From: Lama glama | Taxonomy: Eukaryota | DNA: 64,000 bases | Assembly: GCA_028534125.1 (NCBI GenBank) | Contig: CM052817.1 | Location: forward strand, 54,872,001 to 54,936,000 | Reading direction: 5' to 3' | Part shown: positions 1 through 13,475 of the stretch, piece by piece | Numbering within the stretch: position 1 is the first letter of the stretch | How the letters are laid out: each line of letters starts with the position of its first letter | Program-made: the position numbers and the translations under genes | Notes under the pieces: model-generated | Told to the model about the DNA's origin: nothing | Databases searched by the model: none | What the model saw: the letters and a program-made list of their open reading frames with translations, nothing else

Positions 1-130
1 TATCACATCAAGTGATTTGCATATGTTGAACTATCCTTTTGTCCCTGGGATGAATGCAACTTGATCATGGTTTATGATCTTTTTTATGTGTTGTTAGATT
101 CTGTTTGCTAATATTTTGTCAAGGATTTCT
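1..130 (-). mobile_element. LINE-1 ORF2 fragment (cut by window edge)
   Basis: 'gatttgcatatgttgaac...gggatgaat...acttgatcatgg...tttgctaatattttg' is the reverse complement of the L1 RT region; the homologous text appears at ~5730-5850. Confidence 0.85.
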
Positions 131-132
131 TA

Positions 133-201
133 GGCAGGGATTTTTTTGACTGCCCAAGGGATCAGTAACCCTAACCACCCTCATTGTTCAAGAGTCAACT
201 G
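133..201 (+). mobile_element. Tigger2/MER8-like DNA transposon end
   Basis: 'ccctaaccaccctcattgttcaagagtcaactg' resembles the Tigger2/MER8 terminus (TTGTTCAAGGGTCAACTG) and is followed by TA at 202-203. Confidence 0.7.
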
Positions 202-2262
202 TAGTCTTGAAATTCTAGTTAAGAACCACCTGCTACACCACTGGAATCTGTCATCTCTATGGAGCTACTGAAGATTTGGTCAGCTTTTATATATGACCTC
301 TTTTGGTTGACAACACACAGTAGCATGTTGCAGTACCAATATGGAGAAGGTTAACTTTTTGGAATTGTGTGATTACAGAATAAGAAAGCATAAGTGAGAA
401 GGTACTAGATGTGGGGAAAAAAGCAATGAGGAATAGTATCATTAATATTATCCCTTGGTTGTCTCTTATTTTGCCATGGTGTTTGAAATGTTTTCAATGT
501 TTCTTCTCTAACTAGGGTTAAAAAATTATCTGTGAGAATTCTCCAACTCCTTCTTATGTTAAATTATAGCTATCTTAATTTGGTCCTAGTTTAAATAGTG
601 TTAATTAGAATGTAAAGTCATGGATTGATGTCTCATTTTCCTAATTGTTGGTATTTATATTTAGTAATACCAGCTTCCAATTTTTGAACCAAAATGTGTC
701 CCTATGTGTTAAGGAATTTATATGTATTTCTTACCGAAACAAAATTATAAAATAGAAAAAAAATTATCCCTGATTTAAGGATGAACCATCCTAATAACTA
801 GATAGTTATGAAGCATGTCTCTTTGACTCCAAAACACTGAAATTCAAGTACAGTTTTTTTTCCACTGCATCATATTTTTGAGGGGGAAATATGTCAATCT
901 GAATTAATTAAATTTGCCATTGTAACATTCTTGAGAAGGTCAGAAAATTGTACTGAAACATACTCTTCACACTGAAACTTAGCAATCAATTTATCTTTGC
1001 AGATTTATTCACTTTTTCTGGAAATAAAATAGAAATCTTCCTTTTGCATTCAGTGCTGAATTTAAACAATAAACTACTTGCTTCTACTTTAGAAAAACAC
1101 ATCTAAGAAATGCTGATATAAACAAAAGTATAGTGGATTCTATCTTTTCATCCAATCTGCCAAAATTTTAATAGGAAAATAGGGAGGATTTATAAAGCCA
1201 ATGGTTGACAACATAACTAAGGAAGATTTATGTTTTATACCTACTCATAGATGAATCCTTTTATTACTTAAAACTTCTGCTCTACTTTTGATTATCTTGT
1301 TTTTAGTTGTCTGATTTGTTACAAAATATGGAGATGCCTTACTGCCTTTTTATGGGTCCTGTGTGAGATGAATGCAGAAATTACACTCCCACTTACTCAA
1401 TTTTATTTCCAATCTAATTGTTCATTATAATTTGCAGTTGTAAACAGTGATATGAAGGATAAGTAAGAAAAATTGTAAATGAGATGGATAAATAATAAGA
1501 ATATATTATTTATAGACAATATATTCAACATTTGATGTGTTATTTTTGAATTGTAGTATAACTTCTAGTCTGTATAGAAGACCTATAGAGTTATTAATGG
1601 CAAAAAACGTAGCTATGTGAATGCAATAAAAGTTATAAATAATCAACAAAGTATACATTTAGTCTCCAAATGCTAAATTATTGCCTCTATAATTTTCAAA
1701 AATTGCTATCATATGCTTTATACAATTTAAAATAAAAGCCATTGTAAAAAGAACATTTATATTGTTCTTCCATCCTATTTAAGAAAGGAATATAGATGTG
1801 TATAAGATATACTATTACTAATAGTTATGCTATCAACATTAATAAATATTTATTGAAGATTTATGTCTTACAAATGATATCTAAATTAATTTTTTAAAAA
1901 ACCCTATATATAATTGTTCTCTCCAGTTTTATAAGTAAGAAAACTGAAACACAAAGAAGGTAAGAAACTGGTGAAACCAAGATCCCAACATAGGTAGTTA
2001 GATTTCAGAGTCCATGATTTTAAGCATAATAGCACTGACTTGATTATGGTATTTTTACAATGTATTTTCTTCATAGTTGTTGGACCATTGTGCTAAGTAT
2101 GGTGCCATTACTCTTAGACAGGTGTCTATGCTGCATTATTTTTAAAGCAGTTCTGATTGATTAGCAGAATTAATGGGAAACATCAAGGTAAATTATGTTT
2201 GAAAAGTACAAACACTTCACTCCCAAATAAGCCACAGAGCTGAAAATACCAAATATAAGCCC

Positions 2263-2515
2263 TGTATTAGTTATCTTTTGATGGGTAAAAGTGCATCACA
2301 AATTTAGTGGCTTGTTTGGTTTTCGGCAGAATTTTTCTTCGTGGTTTTATGACTGAGGACCCTAGCCTTTTGCTGGCTGTTGGCTGGAGGCCACTCTCAA
2401 ATGGTTACTTGCAAAATCATTAAATTGCATTCCTCTGTTACCAAAAAAAAAAAGCTGCCTGTAGTTTCCTACCACATCGGCTTCACCTACATGTTTACTT
2501 GCTTCATCAAGAAAA
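2263..2515 (-). mobile_element. MaLR (MLT1-family) LTR remnant
   Basis: Starts 'tgtattagttatc' (reverse complement of an MLT1 3' end) and contains 'ttgctggctgttggctggaggccact'. Confidence 0.6.
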
Positions 2516-2575
2516 TACAAAGTTATTCTTTAAACTATATTGTACATTCATGATATAATTGAAAACCAATTTAGG

Positions 2576-2620
2576 GCAATGGGTTTCAACTTGGGTTATC
2601 ACTTGAAATCACCTGGGAAA
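2576..2620. mobile_element. MER5-like hAT-Charlie fragment abutting L1 tail
   Basis: 'ggtttcaacttgggttatcacttgaaatcacctggga' resembles MER5 'ggttctcaaccttggctgcacattggaatcacctgggg'. Confidence 0.45.
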
Positions 2621-3600
2621 TTTTTTTATTGGTATATAATTGACATATAACATTGTATAAATTTAAGTTGTATAACCTATTGATTTAATACGTTTATATG
2701 TTGCAGTATGATTACCACCAGCACTAACACCTCATCACATAAATATCAGTACTTTTTTGCAGTGAGAACATTTAAGTCTAGTCTTTTTTGACAATTTTGA
2801 AGTATATGGCATGGTATTGTTGATGATAATCACTATGCTGTGCATTAGATCTCCAGAACCTATTCATCTTGTAGTTGCACATTTGTGGCCTTTAACAGCA
2901 TCTTAATTCTCCCCACCCAGGACCTGGTAAACACCATTCTACTGTGTTTCTACAAGTTAAGCTTTTTTAGATTCTACATATAAGTGATATTATTCCTTAT
3001 TTGTCTTTATCTGACTTGTTTCACTTAGCAGAGTACCCTCAGGGTCCATCCATGTTGTTGCAAATGGCAGTATTTCCTTCTTTCTTTCTCATGGTTTAAC
3101 AATATTCCATTGTATCTCCCATATAGATAGATGGATAGATACCATGTTTTCATTCCCTCTGGTTATACACCAGGAAGTGGGATTGCTAGATCATACTATG
3201 ATATAGATCATGGTAGTGCTATATTAATTTTTTGAGAAACTTCCATATTGTTTTCCACAGTGGCTAAATATTCCCAGTGACAACGTAAAAGTGTCCTCTT
3301 TTCTCGACACATTCAGCAACACTTGTCTCTTGATGATAATCATTTAACAGAATGAGGTGGTAACTCACAGTATTGATTTGCATTTCCCTAATGATTAGTG
3401 ATATTAATTATATTTTCATTTCCCTGTTGGTCATCTGTGTGTCTTCTTTGGGGAAATGTCTATTCAGTTCATCTGCCCATATCTTAATCAGTTTGCTTAT
3501 TTTTTTTCTTATTGAGTTGCATGAGTTATTTATATATTTTGACTATTAACTCCTTATCTAACATAGTTTGCAAATATTTTCTCCCATTATGTAGGTTGCC

Positions 3601-3770
3601 TTTTTATTGAAGTATAGTCAGTTTACAATGTTATGTCAATTTATGGTGTACAGCACAATACTTCATTCATGTAGGAACATACATATATTCACCTTCATTA
3701 TTCTTTTTCACTATAGATTACAAGATATTGAATATAGTTCCCTGTGCTATACAGTATAAACTAGTTTATC
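3601..3770 (-). mobile_element. Short younger (camelid-type) L1 3' end nested in older L1
   Basis: 'ttattgaagtatagtcagtttacaatgtt...gaatatagttccctgtgctatacag' is the reverse complement of the 3' ends at ~16950-17100 and ~33150-33360. Confidence 0.85.
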
Positions 3771-4235
3771 GGATTTTGTGAGAATCCTCCTGTATTTCAA
3801 AATGAGAGATGCTCTGCCAGAATTCAGTATTATTTTGTTGATTGTTTCTTTTGCAGTGCAGATTAATTTTTAGTTTGATATAGTCCAACTTGTTGATTTT
3901 TGCTTTTGTTTCTTGTGCTTTAGGTGTCATATCCAAGACCGCTGTCAAGGAGCTTTTCTCTGTATTTTCTTCTAGGAATTTTACAGTGTCAGTTTTATGT
4001 GTAAACCTTTAATCCATTTTGAATTAATTTTTGTGAGTAGTGTAAGGGATTGCCTTACATTTTTCTATATGTGTTTATCCCGTTTTCTCATAGCCATTTG
4101 CTATAAAACTTATCCTTTCTCCACTGCATGTTCTGAACTCCCTTGTCAAGTATTAGTTGACTATTTATGTAGGGGTTTGTTTCCAGGCTCTCTATTCTGT
4201 TCCGTTGGACTATGTTTCTATTTCTATGCTAGTAC

Positions 4236-4851
4236 TGTTGTGGGCAGGAGGTTCTTGTCTTGTTGCATAAAGAATTCAGAGACAAGACGCAGAGGTGAAG
4301 AAAGCAAAGCAAGGATTTATTAAGGGATAGATAGTATGATCTCAAGAAAACAGCAGGCAGACCCAGGTAGGTGGCTGCCCTGAGTTTCCTTGGCAGGCTC
4401 ACTATATGGATGTAAAAATGAATGGGCAGAATATTCATTGGTCGGGGTGGGGGGTTGGGGTCATCTTTCCTGACCTTCATCCCAGCTCCACCTTCCCAGG
4501 TGGGGAGGAGAGATTTTTCAACCTTATTTAATCTTGATCAGGAAGTTGAATTAGGTCCTAATGAACAAAAGGTTACATTTAGATGAGGGTATCATAAGCA
4601 AAAGGTTACATTTGGACATAGGTCATCATGATCAAAAGGTTACATTTGGATGGTGGAGATTCCTGTCCTGTCCCACCCTTCTGCCCCCAGAACATTTAAC
4701 CTAGAAGGTATGGTTTTTTTAATCAGTCCAGAGGATCCTGTTTTTCTTAGTCTGTCCAAGGACACCTGTTGCTCACAAGATGTATGGTTTTCTGCCATTT
4801 GCCCATGTCCCCCTTTCTCTGCTCATATCTAGCTAACTGCCTATTCTAACA
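4236..4851 (-). mobile_element. ERV solo LTR (ERV1-like, 616 bp) inserted in L1
   Basis: TG...CA termini; GTAC duplicated at 4232-4235 and 4852-4855; host L1 resumes colinearly (agtac|catactgtttt); minus-strand AATAAA near 4316-4321. Confidence 0.88.
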
Positions 4852-7497
4852 GTACCATACTGTTTTCAACTATGGTAGATTTATAATGTAGTTAGAATAC
4901 CGGAATTGTGATGCCTCTGGCTTCATTCTTCTTTCTCAGGCTTTCTCTGGGTATTCTAGGTCTCTTTTGGTTCCATATAAACTTTGAGGTTTTTTAGAAT
5001 ATTTCTGTGACCAATGCTATTGCAATTTTAATAGGTATTGCACTGAATATATAAATGGCTTTGGGTAGTATGGACATTTGAACAATATTAATTATTCCGA
5101 CCCATGAAAATGGGATGTTTTTCTTTCTTTGTGAGTCTTCAACTTCTTTCATTAAAATCCTGTCGTTTTAATTGTACAATTCTTTCACTTCCTTGGTTAA
5201 ATTTATTCATAAGTATTGTGTTGTTTTTGATTCTACTGTAAATTGAATGGCTTGCTTTCTTTTTCAAATATTTAAATGTATCTAGAGACAACTGATTTTT
5301 GTATGTTGCTTTTATATCCTGCAACTTTACTGAATTTGTTGATTAGTGCCAACAGTTTTTTTGGTTCAGTCTTGAGGATTTTCTACATATAACATTATAT
5401 CATCTGCAAACAATGGCAGTTTTACTTCTTCCTTTATGATTTGACTCCTTTTATTTCTTTATCTTGCCTGGTTACTCTGGCTAGGACTTCCAATAGTATG
5501 TTGAATAACAATGGGCACCCTTGTCTTGTTCCTGATCTTTGAGGAAAACCTTTCACTATTGAGTATGTTAACTTTAGGTTTATTGTATATGACTTTTATT
5601 ATATTGAAATATAGTCCTTTTATACCTAATTTGTGGACAGTTTTTGTTATGAAAAGATGTTTATCAAATGCTTTTTCTGCATCTATTGAGATGATCATGT
5701 GTTTTTTTTAGCTTTCATTTTTTACATGGTGTATCACATTTATTGATTTGCACATGTTGAACCATCATTGCATCTTAGAGGTAATTCCCACTTGACTATG
5801 ATTATATGTTGTGGACTTGTGCTAATATTTTGTTAAAAATTTTTGCATCTCTATTAATCAGGGATATTGATCTATAGTTTTCTCATAGTGTTCTTATCTA
5901 GCTTTGATAACTAAGTAATGCTGGCCTTGTAGAATTAGTTTAGGAATGTTCTCTCCTTTTCTATTTTTTGGAAGACTTTTGATAAGGATTGGAATTAACT
6001 CTTCTTTAAATGTCTGATAGAATTCAGTGAAGCTATCTGGACCTGGGATTTTCTGTGTTGGTAGGTTTTTTAATACTAATCTAATCTTCTTACTAGTTAT
6101 TGGTCTGTTCGGGTTTTCTACTTCTTCATGTTTCAGTCTTGGTAGATTGGATAAATTCCTAGAAACTTTTTTTCTATGTTATCCAATTTGTTGGCATGTA
6201 ATTTTTCACAGTAATTTTGAATGATTTTATATATTTCTGTGGTATCAGTTACAATACTTCCTTTTTTACTTCTTACTTTGAGTCTTCTCTTACTTTCTAA
6301 GTTAACCTAGCTAAAGGTTTGTCAATGTCAACAGCTCTGAGTTTTTTTGATCTTTTCTATCGTTTTCCTGATCTCTATTCAGTTTGTTTGCTGTTTTATT
6401 CCTTCTGCTAACTAGAGCTTAGTTTGTTTTTCTTTTTCTAGTTCCTTAAGATGTAAAGTTAGGTGGTTTATTTGAGATGTATTTCCTTAACATTTGCATT
6501 TATTACTATAAACTTCCCTCTCAGAATTGCTTTTCAACATTCCATATGTTTTTGTTTATATTTTAATTTTCACTTGTTTCAATATATTTTTTTGACTTCC
6601 CCTTTGATTCTTCTTCAACCCACTGGTTGTTCAGAGGTAAGTTGTTTTGTTTCCATATGTCTGTAAATTTTCCAGTTTTCCTTTTTGTTGATTCAGAGTT
6701 ACATACCATTATGGTCAGAAAACATCCTTGGAACAATTTGTCTTAAATTTCCCAAGACTTGTAATACTTAGCACTTCACAGTTCAAGGATCTTTTTCTTC
6801 CCTATTCTTTCTCCCAAGGGAATCTTAATTAATTGCCAAATACAAGTTCACATATTAAAGCAGCACTTAGTAATATTGGAAGTGGTTTTTCTCCACCCAG
6901 TCTGCTAGCCACTTCTCAGTTACAGACTGTTTTTACTTGGTCAGGGACACTGGTCTCTCTTCAGCATCTGCTGCTGTTGTACAAAATTCTGCCATGATTT
7001 TAGGTAGACTTGGCCTATGGTACATCCTATGTAAATGTTCTTTTTTTTCCAAACTTGAGAATTTTTCAACTCTGGTGATCCTTTCAGCCATTCACATACC
7101 CATCTTGAGAGACAGAGCACAGAAACTCTCAGCAGGGAAAGCAAATTGCCCTCAAGGTTATTCAGCTAAACAACAGTCTTGCACCCATTACCACTCCATT
7201 TTTCTGGTACCTAAATAGAATCATTAATTGAGGGTCTATCCCTTATATCTAAATATTTGAAGACATGCTGTTTGAAAGAAATCATGTGTTATTTCAGACA
7301 GTAGAACTAGGACAAGTATGTGGTACCTTATCTACCTTTAGTCTCTAATTTTCAAATGCACAGCTTTGTTTCTGATGGTGAAGCAAGATAAACTGTTTGC
7401 TAGGTTGGGCCTTAATTCTAGCTCTTCCACAGTCTGGGAGGCTATCCTGTAAGGCTGAGCTTTGATTTCCCTTTTGATTTCTTCTCAAGAAATCAAA

Positions 7498-7754
7498 TCA
7501 TTCAAATCTTAGCTCAAATGTCCCTTCTTCCAAAAAGGCCCCCCCAAAACACCTCATCTCAGAAGTCCCCCAGTCACCTCCTTTCATATCGCCCTGCTTT
7601 CCTTTCATTAAAGCACATACATGATATTTTATTATTTTGTCTTTCTCCACTTCATGGTGAGAGCAGGAAGTTTTTCCTATGTCACACTTATCTCCAAAAT
7701 ACAGACTCTGGTCTGGCACATCATGGCTAAATGGTTGCTTAATGAATGAATGAT
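7498..7754 (+). mobile_element. L2 3' end fragment
   Basis: 'ttcaaatcttagctcaaatgtcccttcttcc...tctggcacatcatgg...aatgaatgaatga', a typical L2 tail. Confidence 0.7.
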
Positions 7755-9446
7755 ACGTGAATAAACACATATGTTTCTTATCTCTTATTTAATTGTGACA
7801 AGGGCATGAGAAACATAGTTCTGAAGACATTTTTTTTTTTACTGGCTGCTATTCAACTGTTCATAATACTTCATATTATTAAGTATTTTGGATAACAAAT
7901 ACAGCTAAATCTACTATAGTAAATAGGCTATTAAATTTAAGATTATTGAAGCCTGAATGCAAATTTTAAAATAAACTTTGTACTAGAAATTACTTTGTTT
8001 TAACATAGTAGAACATTACTTTTAAGTACACCAGAGGAAATAATATTTGACTTCAATTAGAGAAAGTTAAGAAAATTAAGGCATTTATAATGTGTAACCA
8101 AAAAAAAGTATTGAAATCTAGGAAATTAGAAAGATAATATATTGTAAAAAAGATACTATATTAAGACTAGACTATAATTTCACTTTTTTTTTAAAAAAAG
8201 TTACTTATTGAAAAGCTCTTGTAGAAGGAAAGGGAAATAGATATTCTGAAAATGGAGCAAAGAGATGAAAAGAAACAATACAAAGAGTTACTTAGAATTT
8301 AAGAAAGCACACTGAAGTAGAAAGCCAAATACAGAATGATTATATTGTTCATAAATAGCTTTTAAGATTATTAAAAAAGCATTTACAAAGGTCTCATACT
8401 CAGGGGAAATATTCTAAAAGAGAAGTACACCAGAAAGTAAGAACATTAATGATGATGTTAAAATGGAACATACTGTCATGTTATTTGTCAATTTTCTTAT
8501 TAAACTGTAGACAAGTGAAAAATACAGACCTTGAAAAATTGTCAGTTGACAAAAAGTAGATAAAAGAGTAATAATTAGAAAAATATGCCTTATGCAAATC
8601 AGTGGGAATAGCTGACCTTATTTTCTACGATTTTTCTAAGGATTGCTTTATGCACTTACAATTTCTGAAAAGTCATCCAGACACAAGGCTGTATTGTCTG
8701 GTATGTGAAAAGTCATTTAATTTTGAAAAGCTCCTGAAAGTCTGTAAGCAGTCACAGTGAATCTAATTAGAAGGATGAGTCTAATGGGGTATCAGAGATT
8801 TGTTGCTACATTGCCATGCTTAAAATCTTCAGCAGTTTGGAAAAAGCAAAAAGCTAACTATGCAAATGATCTTTGTAAATGCTAGTAAATAAGCAGACAC
8901 TACAAAAATTAGTGGAAATTAAAATGTTATAAATAGCTTTAAGCTGTTAGTTCAATTTATCAAATTTTGGCATGCTGTAAATAGCAACAAATCTAAATCT
9001 CAAAGATTTCTGAATCTTCGCTCTGACTTTAACAGAGCTGAATACTGAATGTGTCTTTATATTTTAAGACCTATCTCAGTCATCCCCACTGGAAGATGAA
9101 AGACAGTTGATATATTATATTCTTACTCATCTCTCTTATAAGTAAAATATGAGCAAATAAGGTGATAGGTTATTACATGCCACATGAGAAGCAGTAACTG
9201 CTCTTATTGGTCAGTTTTCTGGTTGGATTTTCACCAACTGTATTGCTCCTAAAAAGAAAGGTACATGGTAAGAATCTAATGGATAGAAGCAAAATTCTCC
9301 AACACACTACCTTCCAGGAAAGATTGTAATGCACATCTACCAATTTTATAACAAAATAAGATTGGAAGGGAAATAGATGAATCATCACATCATCAAGCTG
9401 GTAAAAGACTTTCGCCAAATGGAAGCAAGATTTATTTGGTCTGCAC

Positions 9447-9774
9447 TGAAGCCCTAATCCTCAATGTGATGATATCTGGAAGCAGGGCCTTGGAGAAATA
9501 ATTAGGTTTAGATGAAGTCATGAGGGTGGAACCCCTATGATATGATTAGTGTACTTATAAGATGAGACCAGAGAGTTGGCACACTCTTTCTCATAGTCAT
9601 ATGGGAATATGGCAAGAGGCATCTGTCTCCAAACCAGGGAGAGGGTCCTAACCAGACACTGAATCAGTTGGAACCCTGAGTTTGAACTTTTCAGGCTCCA
9701 GAACTGTGAATAATAAATGTTTAAGCCACTCAGTACATGGTAATTTGTTATAGCAGCCCAAGCTGACTAATACA
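9447..9774 (+). mobile_element. MLT1A-like MaLR LTR
   Basis: 'ttaggtttagatgaagtcatgagggtgga...ctccagaactgtga...tatagcagcccaagctgactaataca'. Confidence 0.85.
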
Positions 9775-9797
9775 GACTGAATATAAAATGATAACAT

Positions 9798-12700
9798 GTA
9801 GTCTCAATAAACGTAGGAAGACTAAAATCATATCAAGCATCTTTTCCAACCACAATGCTAGGATAATAGAAACCAACTACCAGAGACAAATTGTAAAAAA
9901 CCCAACATACTTGGAGGTGAAACAATATGCTATTAAACAACCAATGAGTTACTGAAGAAATCAAAGAGGAAATCAAAAAATACCTGGAGATAAAATAAAA
10001 AACACAGCCATCCACAAATCTGTGGGATGCAGAAAAGAAAGTTATATGAGGGAATTTATAGAGATACAAGCCTATATCAGAAAACAAGAAAAATATCAAA
10101 TAAACAATCTAACTATACACTTAAAAGAACTAGAGGGAAAAATGAACAAACAAAATAGAAGACATGGAAAGCATGATCAGACCAATTAACAGTAATGAAA
10201 TGAAATTGAATTAGTAATAAAATAAACTGTCAATAAACAAAAGTCTTGGACCAGATGGCTTCACAGGTGAACTCTACCAAACATTTAAAGAAGAGTTAAC
10301 ATCCTTCTTAAACTATTCCAAGAAAATTAGAGGAAGAAATGCTTTTGAGTTTATTCCATGAGGCCAGCATCACCCTGATAACAAAACCAGACAAATATAT
10401 CACAAAATTATCACGAAATAGACAAATATATCACAAATATATCACAAAAATATCACAAAAAAGATTATAGGCCAAGATCATTGATCAACTTGATGCAAAA
10501 CCCCTCAACAAAATATTAGCAAACCAAATTCAACAATACATTAAAGGGTCATACACCATGTTCAAGTGGTATTTATCCCAGGTGTGTAAGGATAGTTCAG
10601 TATCTGAAAATCAATCAATGTGATACACCAAATTAACAGATTGAAGAATAAATGTCATATTATCATCTCAATAGATACAGAAAAATCTTTTGACAAAATT
10701 CAACATCCATTTATGTTAAAAAAAAAAAAACTTTCCAGAAAGTAGGTATAAAGGGAACATGTGTCAAAATAACGGTCATTTATGACAAGCCCACAGCTAA
10801 CATCATACTTATCAGTGAAAAGCTGAAAGCATTTCCTCTAAGATCAGGAAAATGACAGTTATGCACATTCTCACCACTTTTATTCAAAATAGTATTGGAA
10901 GTCCAAGCTACTGCAATCAGAGAAGAAAAAGAAATAAAAGGTCCAAATTAGAAAATTAAAACTATTACTATTTGCAGATGACATGATGCTATATAGAAAA
11001 TCCTAAAGGTACCTCGCAAAACTGTTAGAACTCATCAAGAAATACAGTAAAGTTGCAGATTGCAAAACGAATATACAGAAATTGCACTTCTATCTATTAA
11101 CAACAAACTAGCAGAAAGAGAAATTAAAAACACAATTCCACTTACAATCACATCAAAAAGAAAATAATATCTAGGACTAAATCTAAGGAGGTAAAAAACT
11201 GTACTCAGAAAAGTATGTCATTAATGAAAGAAATAGAAGACAACACTAACAAATGAAAATATATACTGTGATCATGGATTGGAAGAATTAATATTGTTTA
11301 AATGACAACACTATCCAAGGAAATCTACAGATTCAATGCAATCCCTATCAAAATACCAATGGCATTTTCCACAGAACAAACAATTCTAAAATTTTTATGG
11401 AACCCTAAAAGATCCCAAATATCCAAAACAATCTTGAGAAAAACAAACAAAGCTGGAGAAATCATGCACCCTCATTTCAAACTATATAACAAAGCTATGG
11501 CAATGAAAATAGCATGGTAATGGCACAAAATCAGAATATAGCTCAGAATATGGAACAGAATAGAGAATTGAACCCACAGTTATATAAAAAAGATAGTCTC
11601 TTCAATAAATGGTGTTAGGAAACTGATTAGCTACATGCAAAAGAATCAAACTGGACTTCTTTTCACACCATGTTCAAAAATAAACTCAAAATAGATTAGA
11701 CTTAAAGGTAAATTTTGAAATCAATTCCAGAAGAAAACATAAACTTTACACTCTTTGACATCAGTCTTAGCAATATATTTTTGAATATGTCCCCTCAGAC
11801 AAGGAAAACAAATGCAAAAATAAACAAATGGAACTACATAAAACTAAAAAGCTATTGCACAGTAAAGAAAATTATCAAGAAGATGGAAAGGCAGTTGCAA
11901 ACAATATCTGATAAGGGGTTAATATAAAAAACATATAAAGAATTCATATAATTCAACATCAGAAGATCAAACAATCTGATTAATAATTCAGCATAGGGCC
12001 TGAATAGGCATTTTTCCAAAGATATAGAGATAGGCAAATGGCACATGAAAAGATGCCCAACAGCACTATTAATCAGAAATACAAATCAAAACCACAGTGA
12101 GGTATCAGCTAACATCTGTCAGAATGGCTATTATAAAAAAGACCAAAAAAAGAAGTGTTGGTAAGGATATGGAGAAAGAACACTTGTAAACATCGGTGGG
12201 AATATAATTTAGTGCAGCCACTATGAAAAACAGTATGGATGCTCCTAAAAACATTAAAAATCAAACTATCATAAGATTTAGAAATTCTACTTCTGGGTAT
12301 TTTTCTAAAGAAAATGAAAATGGGAATTCAAAGTAATACATGCACTTGTTTGTTCTTTGTAGCATTATTTACAATAGCTAAAATATGAAAGCAACCTAAA
12401 TATCCACAGGTAAATGAGTGGATAAAGAAAATATGGTATATTTAAAAAAATGGAATATTACTCAGACATAAAAAGAATGAAATCTTGCCATTTGTGACAA
12501 CATGGGTGAACATAGAGGAATTTTGCTAAGTGAAATGAGACAAACAGAAAAACAAATACTGCATGAATCTATCTATGTGTGAAATCTAAAAAAACAATGC
12601 AAATAAACAAATAAAACAGTCATAGATAATAGAACAAACAGGTGGTTTCCAGAGAGGAGGTGGGTAGAGGAATGAGAGAAATAGATGAGTTGGATTAAGA

Positions 12701-13281
12701 GGTACAAGCTTCTAGTTACAAAATAAATGGGTCATGGGTATGAAATACATAGTGTGAGGAATATATCCCATAATAATATTATGTATGTGTATGGTGACAG
12801 ATGGTAACTGGATTTACTCTGGTGATGATTTTGGAATGTATAGAATGCTTAACACACTGTTGTGCACCAGGAACTAACACAGTGCTGTAAGTCAATTATA
12901 ATTCAAAAATGAACTCACTTACTCACAGAAAAAGAGATTAGATTTGTGTTTACCAGAAACAGGGGGCAGGAGAAGTATGAATTGGATCAGGGTAGTCAAA
13001 AGGCACAAACTTCTAGTTATAAGATAAATAAGTACTAGAGATGTGATATACAACAAGATAATAACAGTGCTGTATGCTATATATGAAAATTACTAAGAAA
13101 AAAAACTAGAGTTATTACAAGAAAGTATTTTTTTTTATTTTATTTTGTATCTATATGAGATGACAGCTGTTCACTAAACTTACCATGGTAATCATTTCAT
13201 GTTGGAAATCATTATGCTGTATACCTTAAACTTATAAAATACCATATGTCAATTATATCTCAGTAAAACTAAAGGAAAAAC
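9798..13281 (+). mobile_element. 5'-truncated LINE-1 (laurasiatherian L1MA9-like) with bipartite 3' UTR
   Basis: ORF2 remnants ([26 protein letters not shown]); degenerate TSD ataaaatgataacat (9783-9797) / ataaaatggtaaaat (13282-13296). Confidence 0.9.
10391..10460 (+). repeat. Degenerate ~10-bp tandem repeat (ATATCACAAA) inside L1 ORF2
   Basis: About five copies of 'tatcac(a/g)aa' read directly. Confidence 0.75.
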
Positions 13282-13475
13282 ATAAAATGGTAAAATATCA
13301 CTACAGATATGTATAACTGCTTTTCTTTGCATAATGTTATGAATTGCACAATTTTTAAGCTGTCATGGAAAGCTGAATGAGAAGGGAGAGAAAAATCCCC
13401 ATTAGCAGAGGATAACTATTCATGTCTTATCTAAATTCACTGACTTCACATCATTTTAAAACTAATCACCAAGGA

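Larger units (their letters stand above)
2621..6762 (-). mobile_element. 5'-truncated LINE-1 (L1MA-like; ORF2 plus 3' UTR), degenerate, with two nested insertions
   Basis: Poly-T and 3' UTR at 2621; minus-strand ORF pieces [13 protein letters not shown] (5459-5698) and MTPKAQETKAKINKLDYIKLK are L1 ORF2 motifs; many stops and frameshifts. Confidence 0.92.

Noticed and set aside
3997..4323. 108-aa ORF
   Set aside because: Chance read-through from antisense L1 into the LTR.
4566..4652. Repeat-spacer pattern resembling a CRISPR array
   Set aside because: Only three units with ~16-bp related linkers, inside a mammalian LTR, with no cas genes.
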